Shown piece by piece: positions 52,531-64,000 of a stretch of DNA of 64,000 bases. The position numbers were made by a program, and so were the translations under genes. The notes beneath the pieces were generated by a model that saw only the letters and a list, made by a program, of their open reading frames with translations, had not been told where the DNA came from and searched no databases. Position 1 is the first letter of the stretch. The number at the start of each line of letters is the position of its first letter. The DNA is from an uncultured delta proteobacterium (GTDB lineage: Bacteria; Desulfobacterota; Binatia; UBA9968). The stretch covers positions 64,001 through 128,000 of the forward strand of contig CAVXEP010000022.1 in assembly GCA_963760795.1 (NCBI GenBank), in the 5' to 3' direction.

Positions 52531-53206
52531 ATCTTTGTTCACCTCCTTTCCCGTCACACATCCCTAGATTTAGTAGCGTTAGTGAATTTTTATTACATAT
52601 GTGGCGCGAAGTTTCAAGTAATCTGCGGACATATATCGTTGCCGGAAAGGAGTTCCAAGGCAAGAAATTTAAGCGACGGCCAAGGACAGATCACCGAATG
52701 GTCAGCGCAAGAGCGTAAGCGACCTGCCAATCGGTAGAGTATGAATGACGACGATTTATTTGCGGCTATCGTGCGCCAACTCTCCTCGATATCGACAACG
52801 ATTGTGCATATCATGTGGATAACTGCCGCGCACTTGCACGGCGCATTGCGAGAAATGCGCTTGCGCAGCCTTTTGCTCAAATTCACAGCTAAATATTAGC
52901 CAACAAATCAGCCATTTGGCATCTTGAGTCAATTTCGCCCCAAGCATCTGCAGAATTAACCATTCGCAGGTTCTTACCCGCGTCGTTCCGGTCCATGGCA
53001 GCGCACGAGCGCAGCGCTTGGCACCTGAACAGACAGCCATTGCCGACTACTTGCTTGCCGAAGCTTCGATGAGAAAGATTTTTGGACAAGAATTTATCCG
53101 GTGAAACCCGCGCGCCATGGCGGCCCATGGCTGAACAGCCAATTGCATTGACTCTCACGGTGGCCGATGTTACAAAAGGTCACGCTAATCTTACTGGAGG
53201 CATTCC

Positions 53207-53479
53207 TTGGCAGATCATCCGTCAGTTGAAAAACGCTATCGGCAAAGCGTCAAACGGCGCACGCGCAACATCGAAATCAAGTCAAAATTGCGCACGCTGA
53301 TGAAAAAAACCCGGCTCGCCATCGAGACGAAAAACCACGAGGCCGCGACCAGCCAAATCCAGGATGTGAACAAAGCCCTCGGCAAAGCCGTGAGCAAAGG
53401 TATCGTCAAGAAAAACACCGCTTCGCGGTGGCTCTCCCGCCTCTCCCGCTCCGCGAACCGCAGCAAATCGGCGAGTTAA
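53207..53479 (+). CDS. rpsT: 30S ribosomal protein S20
   Basis: KRYRQSVKRR.RN..KSKLRT, KAVSKGIVKKNTASR. Confidence 0.95.
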   Translation: MADHPSVEKRYRQSVKRRTRNIEIKSKLRTLMKKTRLAIETKNHEAATSQIQDVNKALGKAVSKGIVKKNTASRWLSRLSRSANRSKSAS

Positions 53480-53605
53480 AGAACTTCCCTGCAACGACAT
53501 CCGACAACCATCCATCGGCGGTGACGCGAGTTGCCGCCGATTTTATTTTACCGACAATGCCACGGTCGGGAATCGGCAGCCGATCCGAGGTGCGGCCAGC
53601 CGCGC

Positions 53606-54229
53606 TTAAAACATCTCCATGATCCGCTGGTGCAGCTCCTTGGCGAAGCGCTCCATCAGCCGGTTGCGGACATCCCTGCGCTCGCCTTCAGTCAATTGAA
53701 TATCGGTCATGCCCCGGACATCGCTGGAGTTTAGCGTGGCGTTGCGGAACTCGGATGAGGTGGTCACCACCGCGGCGCGCGAGCCGTCATGCAGTTCCGC
53801 CAAGCGCACACCCTGACCGCGCCAGAGAATCTCATTGGGCTCGCGCCGCCTCAGAGTAGCGTCCAAGACCAGTATCGATTCATATTGCAGCACCTCGTCG
53901 CGCCGGTTCACTGACGCCACCGAGCTCTCGATCGAACGAACCACGCCGCTAAGTATGATATCGGCCTGGTCCGCAAGATCGACGACCCGGAGCTGGCCAC
54001 GGCGGTAGAACTCACCGCGCAGCGCTGAGGTCAGCTCCTTTTCCGTACCGATATCCCGGCTGCGATTGATAAAAGGTTCGACGAAAACCGTCTGGGCATC
54101 CTTGGGCAGCAGCGACGATTGACCGACCCACTGGTAGCCGCACGCGCTGAACAGCACCAGCCCGGCGCCGGCCAGCACTAGCCGCCAACTACGCGATTGC
54201 CAAACCGACGGATTTAGCATTCTTAACAT
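53606..54229 (-). CDS. lptE: LptE family lipoprotein
   Basis: Lipobox FSACGY; follows leuS. Confidence 0.75.
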   Translation of the reverse strand: MLRMLNPSVWQSRSWRLVLAGAGLVLFSACGYQWVGQSSLLPKDAQTVFVEPFINRSRDIGTEKELTSALRGEFYRRGQLRVVDLADQADIILSGVVRSIESSVASVNRRDEVLQYESILVLDATLRRREPNEILWRGQGVRLAELHDGSRAAVVTTSSEFRNATLNSSDVRGMTDIQLTEGERRDVRNRLMERFAKELHQRIMEMF

Positions 54230-54232
54230 GGC

Positions 54233-56831
54233 TCACCCCTCCACCACGATGTTGACTAAACGGCGCGGCACGTAAACCACCCGCTTGATATTTTTCCCGT
54301 CGCAAAAACTTATCACTCTGGCATCCGCCATGGCACTGGCCTCGATGCGCTCTTGGGTTATGTCGGCGGGCACGGTCATCTTGCCGCGGACTTTACCGTT
54401 CACTTGCACGACGATCAACAACTGCTCCTCTTCGAGCGCAGCTTCGGAATAACTCGGCCATGCCACATGATCGAGACGCTCGTCATGGCCCGACTGCTCC
54501 CACAGCTCGCTGGCCACATGCGGTACGAAAGGCGCCAACAACAGCATGATCGACTCCAGCCCCTCGCGGAGGATCGCGGCGCCCGCCGCCTTTTTGGCCG
54601 GCTCTTGAGCCACGGCGCTGAGGGCGTTGAACAGCTCCATGATCGCGGCGATAGCTGTGTTGAAATGAAACCGGCCGTCGATATCGTCAGAAACTTTTTT
54701 GATGGTTCGATGAATCTTCCGGCGCAGGTCGCGCAGTTCGGCATTTGGTTCTTCGCCGGCCCCTGCCACATTCGCAACAGACCACAAGTCGCGATGTTGG
54801 TGTACCAAGCGCCACAATCGAGTGAGAAAGCGGTAGGCGCCTTCGACGCCCTGATCGCTCCACTCGAGGTCCTTTTCCGGCGGCGCGGCAAATAGGGTAA
54901 ACAGCCTGGCGGTATCGGCGCCGTAGGCAGCGATCAATTCTTCCGGATCGATGATGTTCTTTTTCGACTTGGACATCTTCTCGACCCGGCCCTTGTCCAC
55001 AGCTCGGCCACAGTGCGGACATTGCCAACCGTCTTTTTCTGACCTGATCAATTCATTGGGCAACAGCCAACCATGCTCCGCACACTTATAGGTTTCTTTC
55101 GACACCATTCCCTGGGTTAGCAAGTTAGTAAACGGCTCATCGACATGGGTCAGGCCGAGGTCACGCAACGCCTTGGTGAAAAAGCGCGCGTAAAGCAGAT
55201 GCAACACGGCATGCTCGACACCACCAATATACTGATCCACCGCCATCCAGTAGCGTCCTCGCTTGACGTCCACTGGAGCAGCTTCGGTATCAGCCGACGT
55301 GTAGCGCAAGTAATACCAAGACGAGTCGACAAAGGTGTCCATGGTATCGGTCTCACGCCGCGCCTTGCCGCCGCACTGTGGACAATCGACGTGCAGAAAC
55401 GCCGCGCTTTCTTGCAACGGCGAACCGCCTTTACCGGAGAACGGCACGTCCTTGGGCAGCTCCACCGGCAAGCGGTCCTCAGGCACCGGCACGGCGCCGC
55501 ATTTGGCACAGTAAATAATCGGTATCGGCGTGCCCCAATAACGCTGGCGCGACACACCCCAGTCGCGCAGGCGAAAGCGAATCGCTTTCTTGCCAAAGCC
55601 CCGGGCTTCGGCAAAGGCCGCGATCTTTTCCTTGCCGGCGACGTTTGGCGTGCCTGAAAACTCGCCGCTATCGTACATCACGCCTTCGTCGACGTAGGCT
55701 TCTGCCAATCCGCTGGCGGTCAGCTCCTTGTCTTTGGGTTGAATGACCACACGAATCGACAGCGAATATTTTTTGGCGAACTCGAAATCGCGCTGGTCAT
55801 GGGCCGGCACCGCCATCACCGCGCCGGTGCCGTATTCCATCAAGACAAAGTTAGCCAAATAGATCGGCATGTTTTCCCCGGTAAACGGATTGCGGCAGTG
55901 GGCGCCGGTGAACACGCCTTCCTTTTCGCCTTCGTCGGCGCCGCGCTTGGCCTGGCTAATGTTTTTAAAGCGCTCGATAAACTGCTTCACGGCGTTTTCT
56001 TGCGCGGTTCCCGCCGACAATTGCAATGCCAAGCGGATGTTCCACCGCCAACGAGACGAAGGTGGCGCCAAAGATCGTGTCGGGCCGGGTGGTAAATATT
56101 TTGAGCGCGCCGTTGTGACCGACCAGCGGAAATTCGATCTCGGCGCCAATCGATTTGCCGATCCAATTGCGCTGCATGGTCAGAACTTTATCCGGCCAAC
56201 CGGTCAACTGGTCGAGATCTTTGAGCAACTCTTCGGCATAGTCGGTAATACGAAAAAACCACTGCTCCAACTCTTTTTGCGCGACGCTGGAATCGCAGCG
56301 CCAACAAGCGCCGTCGATTACCTGCTCGTTGGCCAGCACGGTGGCGCAGGACGGACACCAGTTGACGAAGGAACTTTTTTTGTAAGCCAGCCCCTTTTTG
56401 TAGAACTGCAAAAAGATCCATTGATTCCAGCGGTAATATTCCGGCTGGCAGGTGGCCAGCTCACGGTGCCAATCGTAGGACAGACCCATGCGCTGCAACT
56501 GGGTCTTCATGTAGAGAATATTTTCCTGGGTCCAGGCTTGCGGATGCACCTTACGCTCGATGGCGGCGTTCTCCGCCGGCAGGCCGAAGGCATCCCAACC
56601 CATCGGATGAAGAACATTGTAACCGCGCATGCGCTTGCAGCGCGCCACCACATCGCCGATGGAATAGTTGCGCACATGGCCCATGTGAATGCGCCCGGAG
56701 GGATAAGGAAACATCTCAAGGACATAATACTTGGGCTTGGCGGGGTCTTCGATGACGTGAAACGCTTGCTCCTCGGCCCAGATTTTTTGCCACTTCTCTT
56801 CGATCGATTTGGCTTGGTAACGCTCATCCAT
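54233..56831 (-). CDS. leuS: Leucine--tRNA ligase (frameshift near 56020)
   Basis: [57 protein letters not shown]. Confidence 0.97.
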
Positions 56832-56841
56832 GACCGACGAC

Positions 56842-57252
56842 CTATGCAGATTTACCGGCGCTCGATTTGGCGATTTGATCGAGCACGCCATTGATGAAAC
56901 CGGCCGAATCCTCGCTGCCGAAGCGCTTGGCGATCTCCACCGCCTCGTCGAGGCTAACCGGCACCGGAATATCCGGGCAGAACACCACTTCGTAGGCCGC
57001 CAAGCGCAACAGCTCATGTTCGACTTTGGCGAGCCGCGCCAATGTCCAGTTCTCCGTGGACTGATCGATCAAGCGGTCGAGCTCCGGCCGCTGGCTGACC
57101 ACGCCGGAAACCAACCGGCGGGCAAACTCCTTGGCCTTGGCGCCGCCTTCAAAATGCTGCAGGAACAAGTCCACCGCGGCCATGGAGGAGTCGCCGGTAA
57201 TTTCGATTTGATAGAGCGCTTGGAGAGCTAGTTCGCGCCCTTTGCGGCGCAT
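56842..57252 (-). CDS. nusB: Transcription antitermination factor NusB
   Basis: [32 protein letters not shown]. Confidence 0.95.
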   Translation of the reverse strand: MRRKGRELALQALYQIEITGDSSMAAVDLFLQHFEGGAKAKEFARRLVSGVVSQRPELDRLIDQSTENWTLARLAKVEHELLRLAAYEVVFCPDIPVPVSLDEAVEIAKRFGSEDSAGFINGVLDQIAKSSAGKSA

Positions 57253-57336
57253 GGTGCGCGGGGCGATGGGTGCAGTGTCGGATGAATCCTGTGACAATGG
57301 TCGCTCGCGTTGACTGGCGGAGAAGCACACGGAAAG

Positions 57337-57804
57337 TTAAGCTACCTGTCGGAGCACGTTGACCATCTCGACGGCAACCAGCAGGGCCTCATAACCTTTG
57401 TTGGCATCTTTGCTGCCGGCGCGGTCCATCGCCTGTTGGACATTGTCGGTGGTCAGGACACCGAATCCCACCGGGATCTTGTAGGTCTTGACCGCGTCTC
57501 CCACCCCTTTCGTAACCGCCTCACAAACATAGTCAAAGTGCGGCGTATCGCCACGAATCACCGCGCCCAAACAGACCAGCGCGTCGTATTTGCCGCTGGC
57601 CGCCATCTTGTCGGCGACGATGGGAATCTCAAACGCTCCCGGCACCCGAACGACGGTCAAATCGCCATCCGCGCCGCCGTGGCTGGAAAAACCGTCCAGC
57701 GCGCCTTCGAGCAAGCGCTCGGTGACGAAACTGTTGAAGCGGCTGACGACGATGCCGATCTTCAACCCCTGGGCATCCGGTTTTCCTTCGAGAATATTGG
57801 CCAT
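57337..57804 (-). CDS. ribH: 6,7-dimethyl-8-ribityllumazine synthase
   Basis: [33 protein letters not shown]. Confidence 0.97.
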   Translation of the reverse strand: MANILEGKPDAQGLKIGIVVSRFNSFVTERLLEGALDGFSSHGGADGDLTVVRVPGAFEIPIVADKMAASGKYDALVCLGAVIRGDTPHFDYVCEAVTKGVGDAVKTYKIPVGFGVLTTDNVQQAMDRAGSKDANKGYEALLVAVEMVNVLRQVA

Positions 57805-57826
57805 GGAGAAATGCCGTCCGCCGGGC

Positions 57827-59053
57827 TTAGCGCTTGGCGCTTTTGTCGTCGAGATTCGACAGCATATGGCCGAGCTTATGCTGCTTGGTGCGCAGGTAAT
57901 GAATGTTGGTCTTGAGCGGCTGGGCTTCCAACGGCACTCGCTCGATCACTTTCACGCCGTAATTTTCCAAACCGGAAATCTTGCGCGGATTGTTGGTCAA
58001 GAGCGACACGTTTTCGACGTGCAAATCGCGCAGGATCTGCGCGCCGATGCCATAATCGCGCAGGTCCTCTTTAAATCCCAACTCGAGATTGGCTTCGACG
58101 GTATCGCGCCCCTGGTCCTGCAGCGCATAGGCTTTGATCTTGTTAGTGAGACCGATGCCACGCCCTTCTTGATGCATATACACCAAGACGCCGCAACCTT
58201 GGTCGTCGATCCGCCGCAAGGACTCGCGAATCTGATCGCCGCAATCGCAGCGTTCGGAACCGAAGACATCACCGGTCAGACATTCCGAATGCAAACGCAC
58301 CAGAACCTTCGAAACTTTGGAAATATCGCCTTTGACCAACGCCATATGCTCGGCGCCGTCCACCGCATTGCGGTACACGATCGCTCGATATTGGCCGCCA
58401 TGCAGCGTCGGAAAGGCTTCTTCGGCGACGCGGCGCACTAAGCTTTCATTACGCAGCCGGTAGGCGATCAGGCTCGCCACCGAGAGAATTCTTAGACCAT
58501 GACGCTGCGCCAATAATTCTAACGAAGGCAACAGCGCCACCGAACCATCTTCATCCAAGATTTGGCAGATCGCCCCCGCCGGCTTGAATCCGGCAAGCCT
58601 GGCGAGATCCACCGAAGCATCGGTGCGACCTGAGCGAGCCAAGACACCGCCGCTGCGGGCCTGCAGTGGCTGGACATGGCCCGGTACCATGAGATCTTCA
58701 TGCTTGGTATGGTCGGCAACGACAGCACGAATCGTGTGCGCCCGCCCCTGGGCGGAAACCCCATGCACGCCTGGCAAATTGACCGAGAACGCCGCGCCGC
58801 AAAGGAGACCAGACAGCCGGCTATTTTCTTCAGGTACCAAAGGCACGCCCAATTCGCGGACGCGCTCGTCGGTCAAGGTCACATAAATGATCCCCCGGCC
58901 ATGATGCATCATGAAATTGATGCTTTCGGGCGAAACCCTTTCCGCAGCCATGCACAAGAATCCGTCATCCTCGGGGGTGTCCTCGTTGATCAGGATCACC
59001 ATCCGGCCGGCGCCGATATCTTCCAGGCCCTGTTCGATTGTCGCGATCGCCAT
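57827..59053 (-). CDS. ribBA: RibBA-type fusion: intact GTP cyclohydrolase II, degenerate DHBP synthase domain
   Basis: [36 protein letters not shown] intact; N-domain catalytic motifs altered. Confidence 0.88.
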   Translation of the reverse strand: MAIATIEQGLEDIGAGRMVILINEDTPEDDGFLCMAAERVSPESINFMMHHGRGIIYVTLTDERVRELGVPLVPEENSRLSGLLCGAAFSVNLPGVHGVSAQGRAHTIRAVVADHTKHEDLMVPGHVQPLQARSGGVLARSGRTDASVDLARLAGFKPAGAICQILDEDGSVALLPSLELLAQRHGLRILSVASLIAYRLRNESLVRRVAEEAFPTLHGGQYRAIVYRNAVDGAEHMALVKGDISKVSKVLVRLHSECLTGDVFGSERCDCGDQIRESLRRIDDQGCGVLVYMHQEGRGIGLTNKIKAYALQDQGRDTVEANLELGFKEDLRDYGIGAQILRDLHVENVSLLTNNPRKISGLENYGVKVIERVPLEAQPLKTNIHYLRTKQHKLGHMLSNLDDKSAKR

Positions 59054-59083
59054 GATTTGATTAAATTAATTTAAAACGAAACC

Positions 59084-59677
59084 TTAGCTGGGTTTTGCCA
59101 GGAAACTATGAACATATTTACCGATTAAATCGGTTTCGATGTTGACCTTATCACCAAGCCTACGGCCCTGCAAATTAGTGTGCTGCAAGGTAAACGGAAT
59201 GATCGCCACGGCAAAACGCTGGCGCCGGCACTGGTTGACTGTGAGACTGATGCCGTCCACCGCCACCGAACCCTTTGAGACCAGTAAACGCCCCAACTCA
59301 TTGGCGACTCGAAAAGTAAAGATGGTAAAGTCCCCCTGCTTTTCAATCGCCGCGATGGTGCCGACGCCATCAACGTGTCCCGTGACCAAATGGCCGCCGA
59401 GTCGCTCGTTCAAGCGCATCGGCTGCTCGAGATTGACCAGGCTACCGGGTTTGAGCGCGCCCAAGTCGGTGCATGCCAGCGTCTCTGGTGACACGTCAAC
59501 GGTGAACGCGTTTTTGAGTTTCTTGACGACGGTCAAGCAGGCGCCATTGACCGCGACGCTCGCCCCCATGGCCATCTTTCCAACCGGCAATTTGGTTCGC
59601 ACCGTCACAACCGCCGAACCGTTGCGCAAACGCAAGGCGGCGATCTTGCCAACATCTTCGATCAACCCGGTAAACAT
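59084..59677 (-). CDS. ribE: Riboflavin synthase
   Basis: MFTGLIE, SVAVNGACLTV, GGHLVTGHVDG, KGSVAVDGISLTVN. Confidence 0.95.
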   Translation of the reverse strand: MFTGLIEDVGKIAALRLRNGSAVVTVRTKLPVGKMAMGASVAVNGACLTVVKKLKNAFTVDVSPETLACTDLGALKPGSLVNLEQPMRLNERLGGHLVTGHVDGVGTIAAIEKQGDFTIFTFRVANELGRLLVSKGSVAVDGISLTVNQCRRQRFAVAIIPFTLQHTNLQGRRLGDKVNIETDLIGKYVHSFLAKPS

Positions 59678-59680
59678 TCG

Positions 59681-60797
59681 TTAACCAAACCTCATAAATA
59701 TCCCGATAGCAATAAATCTTCGCCGGACCGGCGCATGTGCGAAGCGCCGGAGCGTTAGCGCCCGCGCCATTTTGCCAACGCCAAGCGGTCCGATCATCGC
59801 CCGGCCATCAGCTCCGACGATTTTCGGCGCGTAGAACAGTTCCATTTTGTCGACGATCTTGTTCTTGAGCGCCGATGCCGCCACCTTGGCGCCGCCCTCG
59901 ATCAATACGGTAACAACGCCGATGCCGGCGAGTTTGCGCAACAGCGGCCGCCACGCCACCTGATCATTGCGGCTGGGCAAGCGCCAGACGGTCAACGCCC
60001 AACTTTTCCAACGCCCGCACTTTTTTCACTGGCGCCTGCTTCGTAGCCGCGATGATGGTTTTGCCGGCGTCGGGCAAATGCAATAGCTGCGCCGTTGGCG
60101 CAATCCGCAGCCGGCTATCGAGCACCACGCGGTAAGGATTGCGCCCACCGGCAATGCGGCAAGTTAGCAGCGGATCGTCGGCGCGCACCGTGCCCGCGCC
60201 GACCAGCACAGCGTCCATTTCATTGCGCCAGCGGTGCACCCGCGCGCGCGAGTGCTCGCTGCTGATCCAACGGGCGTCGCCGCTGGCGCTGGCGATCTTG
60301 CCGTCGAGCGTCGCCGCCAATTTGACCGTGACGAAGGGAAACCGTTTGGTGATGAATTTGGCGAAGGGTTCGATGAGCTCGGCGCATTCTTCTAGGCACG
60401 AACCTTCGGACACTGTGATACCGGCACGGCGCAATTGCTGGAAGCCTCGCCCGGCGACCAAAGGATTGGGGTCCTTGATACCGGCAACTACTTGACGGAC
60501 CCCGGCGGCGATCAGCGCCCGTGTGCACGGCGGTGTGCGTCCTTGATGGCTGCAAGGTTCAAGGGTGATATAGAGTGTCGCCCCCTTGGCCTTGGCGCCG
60601 GCTTGTTTGAGCGCATTGATTTCGGCGTGCGCGCCACCGGCAAAATGGTGATAGCCGGCGCCGACGATCTTGCCGCCACGCACGAGCACCGCCCCGACCA
60701 TCGGATTGGGGCTAGTTCGTCCCGCGGCCCGGCGCGCCAAACGACAGGCTTGGCGCAGATAGCGCTGCTCTTGCTCGGATCCTCGGGCGCCGGCCAA
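59681..60797 (-). CDS. ribD: Bifunctional riboflavin deaminase/reductase (frameshift near 59995)
   Basis: PNPMVGAV, HAE, TLEPCSHQGRTPPC, K.A.TLDGKIA, LIEGG. Confidence 0.95.
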
Positions 60798-60799
60798 CG

Positions 60800-61303
60800 C
60801 TATTCCCTTCTCGGGCGTGAGTCGCCGGGTTTGGTGTGCGGCCCACTCTTGCGCTCTTTGATCAGTTCTTCGAGTTCGACCATGAATTCGCCGATGTCTT
60901 TGAACGACCGGTACACCGAGGCAAAGCGCACATAGGCCACTGGATCGGTATCATGGAGTTCGCGCATGAGCGCTTCACCGATAACCGAACTGATGATTTC
61001 TTTTTCGCCGCGCTCTTGCAACGTGCGTTCAATGCGGTCGGCGATCGCTTCAATGGTATTGATGCTGACCGGCCGCTTCTCGCAGGCGCGCTTGAGACCA
61101 TTGATGATCTTGACCCGGTCATAGCCTTCGCGCCGGCCATCCTTCTTGACCACCAGCGGCATCATTTCCTCAACCCGCTCGTAGGTGGTGAAGCGCCGGG
61201 TACAGCGCTCGCACTCGCGCCGGCGGCGCACCATGTTGCTGTCCTTACTCAAGCGCGAATCGATCACTCGATTCTCGATCTCATGGCAAAAGGGACACTT
61301 CAT
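60800..61303 (-). CDS. nrdR: Transcriptional repressor NrdR
   Basis: [34 protein letters not shown]. Confidence 0.97.
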   Translation of the reverse strand: MKCPFCHEIENRVIDSRLSKDSNMVRRRRECERCTRRFTTYERVEEMMPLVVKKDGRREGYDRVKIINGLKRACEKRPVSINTIEAIADRIERTLQERGEKEIISSVIGEALMRELHDTDPVAYVRFASVYRSFKDIGEFMVELEELIKERKSGPHTKPGDSRPRRE

Positions 61304-61314
61304 AGTTTAAAAAG

Positions 61315-61401
61315 TCGAGGATGGAGGATCGAAGATCGAATGTCTTACTTGGCCATCCTCGATCGTCGATCTTCGGCCTGCTATCCTCTATCTCAATCCT
61401 C
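61315..61401. repeat. Intergenic hairpin of heptamer tandem repeats
   Basis: TCGAGGA TGGAGGA TCGAAGA ... TCCTCGA TCGTCGA TCTTCGG. Confidence 0.7.
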
Positions 61402-61423
61402 CCTCAGCGACCCAAACCGACGG

Positions 61424-62677
61424 CTAAGCCTTCGCTAAACGGTGCGGATAGACGGGAAATTTCTTACACAGCGCGCCGACATCGTCGGCCACTGCGCGAA
61501 GTTTGCTTTCGTCACCCACGGCGCCCAACGCCCGGGCGATCAAGGCACCGATCTGGGTCATTTCTTTTTCTTTCATGCCGCGGCTGGTCACCGCCGGTGT
61601 GCCAATGCGTATGCCACTGGTGACAAACGGCGAGCGGGTATCGAAGGGAATGCCGTTCTTGTTGACGGTGATGCGCGCATTGTCCAAGGTCTCCTGGGCA
61701 ACTTTGCCGGTGATCTCCGATTTGCGCAGATCCACCAGCATCAGATGATTGTCGGTGCCGTCGGAGGTCAAACGAAAACCATTGGCCATGAGCGCTTGCG
61801 CCAAAGCCTGGGCATTTTTGACGATTTGTTGTTGATAGATCTTGAACTCCGGGCTCAACGCCTCTTTGAGCGCCACCGCTTTGGCGGCGATCACATGCAT
61901 CAACGGTCCGCCCTGCATGCCGGGAAAAACCCGGCTGTCAACAATCTTCGCATGCTCCGATTTACACAGCATCATGCCGCCGCGCGGCCCGCGCAAGGTC
62001 TTGTGGGTCGTCGTGGTGACGAAATCGGCGTAGGGCACCGGACTCGGATGCAGCCCCGCCGCTACCAAGCCGGCGATATGCGCCATGTCGACCATTAATA
62101 ACGCGCCAATATCATCGGCGATCTTACGAAAGCGCGGAAAGTCGATGATGCGAGGATAAGCGCTGGCGCCGGCGATGACCAACTTGGGCCGATGCTCCCT
62201 GGCCAGCCGTTCGACCTCATCGTAGTCGATGGTTTCAGTCTTCTCGGAAACGCCGTAGGGAATCACGTTGTAGATAAAACCGGAAAAATTTACCGGACTG
62301 CCCATCGACAAATGGCCGCCGTGAGCCAGGTTCATGCCGAGATAGCTGTCGCCCGGTTTCAACACCGCAAGGTAAACGGTCATGTTGGCCTGGGAGCCGG
62401 AGTGCGGCTGGACATTGGCGTGTTCGGCGCCGAACAGCTCTTTAGCCCTGGCGATCGCCAGTGATTCGACTTCGTCGACAAACTCACAGCCGCCGTAATA
62501 TCGTTTGCCCGGATAACCCTCGGCATATTTGTTGGTCATCACCGAGCCCTGAGCTTCCAGCACCGCTTCGCTGACGACGTTTTCCGAGGCGATGAGTTCG
62601 AGATTACCCTCCAAACGCCGGGTTTCCCGTTGAATTGCGGCGAACACATCCGCGTCTACCTGTTCGAGAAATGACAT
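61424..62677 (-). CDS. glyA: Serine hydroxymethyltransferase
   Basis: [37 protein letters not shown]. Confidence 0.98.
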   Translation of the reverse strand: MSFLEQVDADVFAAIQRETRRLEGNLELIASENVVSEAVLEAQGSVMTNKYAEGYPGKRYYGGCEFVDEVESLAIARAKELFGAEHANVQPHSGSQANMTVYLAVLKPGDSYLGMNLAHGGHLSMGSPVNFSGFIYNVIPYGVSEKTETIDYDEVERLAREHRPKLVIAGASAYPRIIDFPRFRKIADDIGALLMVDMAHIAGLVAAGLHPSPVPYADFVTTTTHKTLRGPRGGMMLCKSEHAKIVDSRVFPGMQGGPLMHVIAAKAVALKEALSPEFKIYQQQIVKNAQALAQALMANGFRLTSDGTDNHLMLVDLRKSEITGKVAQETLDNARITVNKNGIPFDTRSPFVTSGIRIGTPAVTSRGMKEKEMTQIGALIARALGAVGDESKLRAVADDVGALCKKFPVYPHRLAKA

Positions 62678-62696
62678 GACTTTTCCTTTGAAAAAT

Positions 62697-63167
62697 TTAC
62701 GGTTTTGGCTGATCTTTAGAGCCCTTGGCAATTTCCTGCTCAACCTGAGTAATCTTATCGACCCGGTGCTGGTGGCGGCCGCCGGCAAATTCCGTGGTTA
62801 GCCAGGTATTGATAATCGCTTGCGCCAATGGTGCGGCGGTTCTGGCGCCGCTTAGAACCAAAATATTGGCATCGTTATGCTCTCGGCTCGAACGCGCGCC
62901 ATCAACATCACCTACCAACGCCGCGCGCACGCCAGGAAATTTATTAGCGACGATGGACATGCCGATGCCGGTGGTGCAGATCAACACACCGCGCTCGGCT
63001 TGGCCGGCGGACACTCGTTCGGAGACTCCCCTGGCATAGTCGGGATAGTCCACCGACTCCCGGCCCTGGGTGCCAAGATCGCAGACCTCCACGCCCGTGG
63101 CGCGCAGGTAGCCGACGAGAAAATCTTTTAACTCCACACCGCCGTGGTCACAGCCGATGGCGATCAT
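62697..63167 (-). CDS. rpiB: Ribose 5-phosphate isomerase B
   Basis: [35 protein letters not shown]. Confidence 0.95.
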   Translation of the reverse strand: MIAIGCDHGGVELKDFLVGYLRATGVEVCDLGTQGRESVDYPDYARGVSERVSAGQAERGVLICTTGIGMSIVANKFPGVRAALVGDVDGARSSREHNDANILVLSGARTAAPLAQAIINTWLTTEFAGGRHQHRVDKITQVEQEIAKGSKDQPKP

Positions 63168-63342
63168 GATGTCACGCTGTCCACGCCTGAGATCATAGCC
63201 CGACGCAATTCAGAAAATGCCAAATGCCAAAGCTCAGGCAACGAGTAACCTGCGCTTCAGCGACTCGAATACGATATTGCAGTGACAAAGTCCGCGGCGC
63301 TGGCCGCCGGTTCACTGAGCAGCGGCGTACGGACAAAGGCGG

Positions 63343-63579
63343 TTATCGATGCGCCTCGATGTAGGTGATGATGTCCTGAACGGTCTTGATCTTCTCGGCG
63401 TCTTCGTCGGAGATTTCCATCTCATATTCCTCTTCCAGCGCCATCACCAGCTCGACGATGTCCAACGAGTCCGCGCCCAAATCCTCGATGAACGAAGCCT
63501 CCGGGGTTACCTCTTCGGCACTTACGCCGAGTTGCTCGCAAACTATTTCCTTCACTCTATCCTTAATCGATCCCGCCAT
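63343..63579 (-). CDS. acpP: Acyl carrier protein
   Basis: [19 protein letters not shown]. Confidence 0.97.
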   Translation of the reverse strand: MAGSIKDRVKEIVCEQLGVSAEEVTPEASFIEDLGADSLDIVELVMALEEEYEMEISDEDAEKIKTVQDIITYIEAHR

Positions 63580-63604
63580 CTTCACTTACCTCCTCTTAAT
63601 ATCC

Positions 63605-64000
63605 TTACATGTATAGTCCGCCGTTGACGTTAAATACTTGGCCGGTCACATAGCTGCCGGCAGGTCCGGCTAGAAACACAACCATATCGGCGACTTCCTG
63701 GCAAGTGCCGAAGCGCCCCAAGGGAATGGAACGGAGAAAATCCTCGCGCAAGTTATCCGGCAAGCGCACCGTCATATCGCTATCGATGAAACCCGGCGCA
63801 ACCGCGTTGACGGTAATGGCGCGCGACGCCAATTCCCGCGCCATCGCTTTGGTAAAGCCGATAATGCCGGCTTTGGACGCGGCATAAAGCGACTGCCCGA
63901 CGTTGCCGGTTTGGCCAACCACCGACGACAGATTGACGATACGTCCCGCCCGCTGCTTGATCATTTGGCGCGAGACGACTTTGGTGCACAGGATCGTGCC
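63605..64000 (-). CDS. fabG: 3-oxoacyl-ACP reductase (5' part outside window)
   Basis: GRIVNLSSVVG, YAASKAG, NAVAPGFI, NGGLYM; upstream of acpP. Confidence 0.93.
   Translation of the reverse strand, partial: GTILCTKVVSRQMIKQRAGRIVNLSSVVGQTGNVGQSLYAASKAGIIGFTKAMARELASRAITVNAVAPGFIDSDMTVRLPDNLREDFLRSIPLGRFGTCQEVADMVVFLAGPAGSYVTGQVFNVNGGLYM

Noticed and set aside
14632-60797. Many split genes (TIGR01777, DUF523, photolyase, ftsX, SirB1-like, TPP enzyme, leuS, ribD, integrase B) as pseudogenes or programmed frameshifts
   Set aside because: Essential leuS is affected, the breaks are scattered single-base shifts with no shared slippery motif, and the fragments are otherwise intact; sequencing or assembly indels are the simplest explanation.
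16-63989. Numerous long antisense or overlapping ORFs in the ORF track (e.g. 55869-56894 +, 57590-58441 +, 17188-17964 +)
   Set aside because: They are shadow frames of well-supported genes in GC-rich DNA, with no independent motifs.

Overview
Bacterial chromosome segment of moderately high GC. Gene order and gene families suggest a Deltaproteobacteria-like lineage, possibly Binatia; this is inference. Most of the window is minus-strand housekeeping: dnaG-rpsU, tlyA-dxs-ispA, xseAB, ctpA-envC-ftsEX, hppA-tatC, leuS-nusB-rib-nrdR-glyA-acpP-fabG. There are two accessory blocks. (1) About 7.7-21.3 kb: a light-response/carotenoid cluster (crtE-crtI-crtB, a KS-alpha-like ketosynthase, cruF, glycosyl- and acyltransferase, class II photolyase) inserted between xseB and ispA. 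It carries an unusual regulator with an N-terminal B12-binding module and a C-terminal XRE HTH. (2) About 34.3-49.2 kb: a composite island around tRNA-Leu(TAA). One element duplicates the tRNA 3' half. A second 10.2-kb element duplicates the 5' half, so the intact tRNA now lies 11 bp behind an xre-int operon and the native site keeps only a half gene. That element's cargo is orphan ORFs joined by recurring promoter/junction repeats. Many genes, including essential leuS, carry single-base frameshifts that are most likely sequencing or assembly indels. All product calls come from motif recognition by eye; no database search was run.
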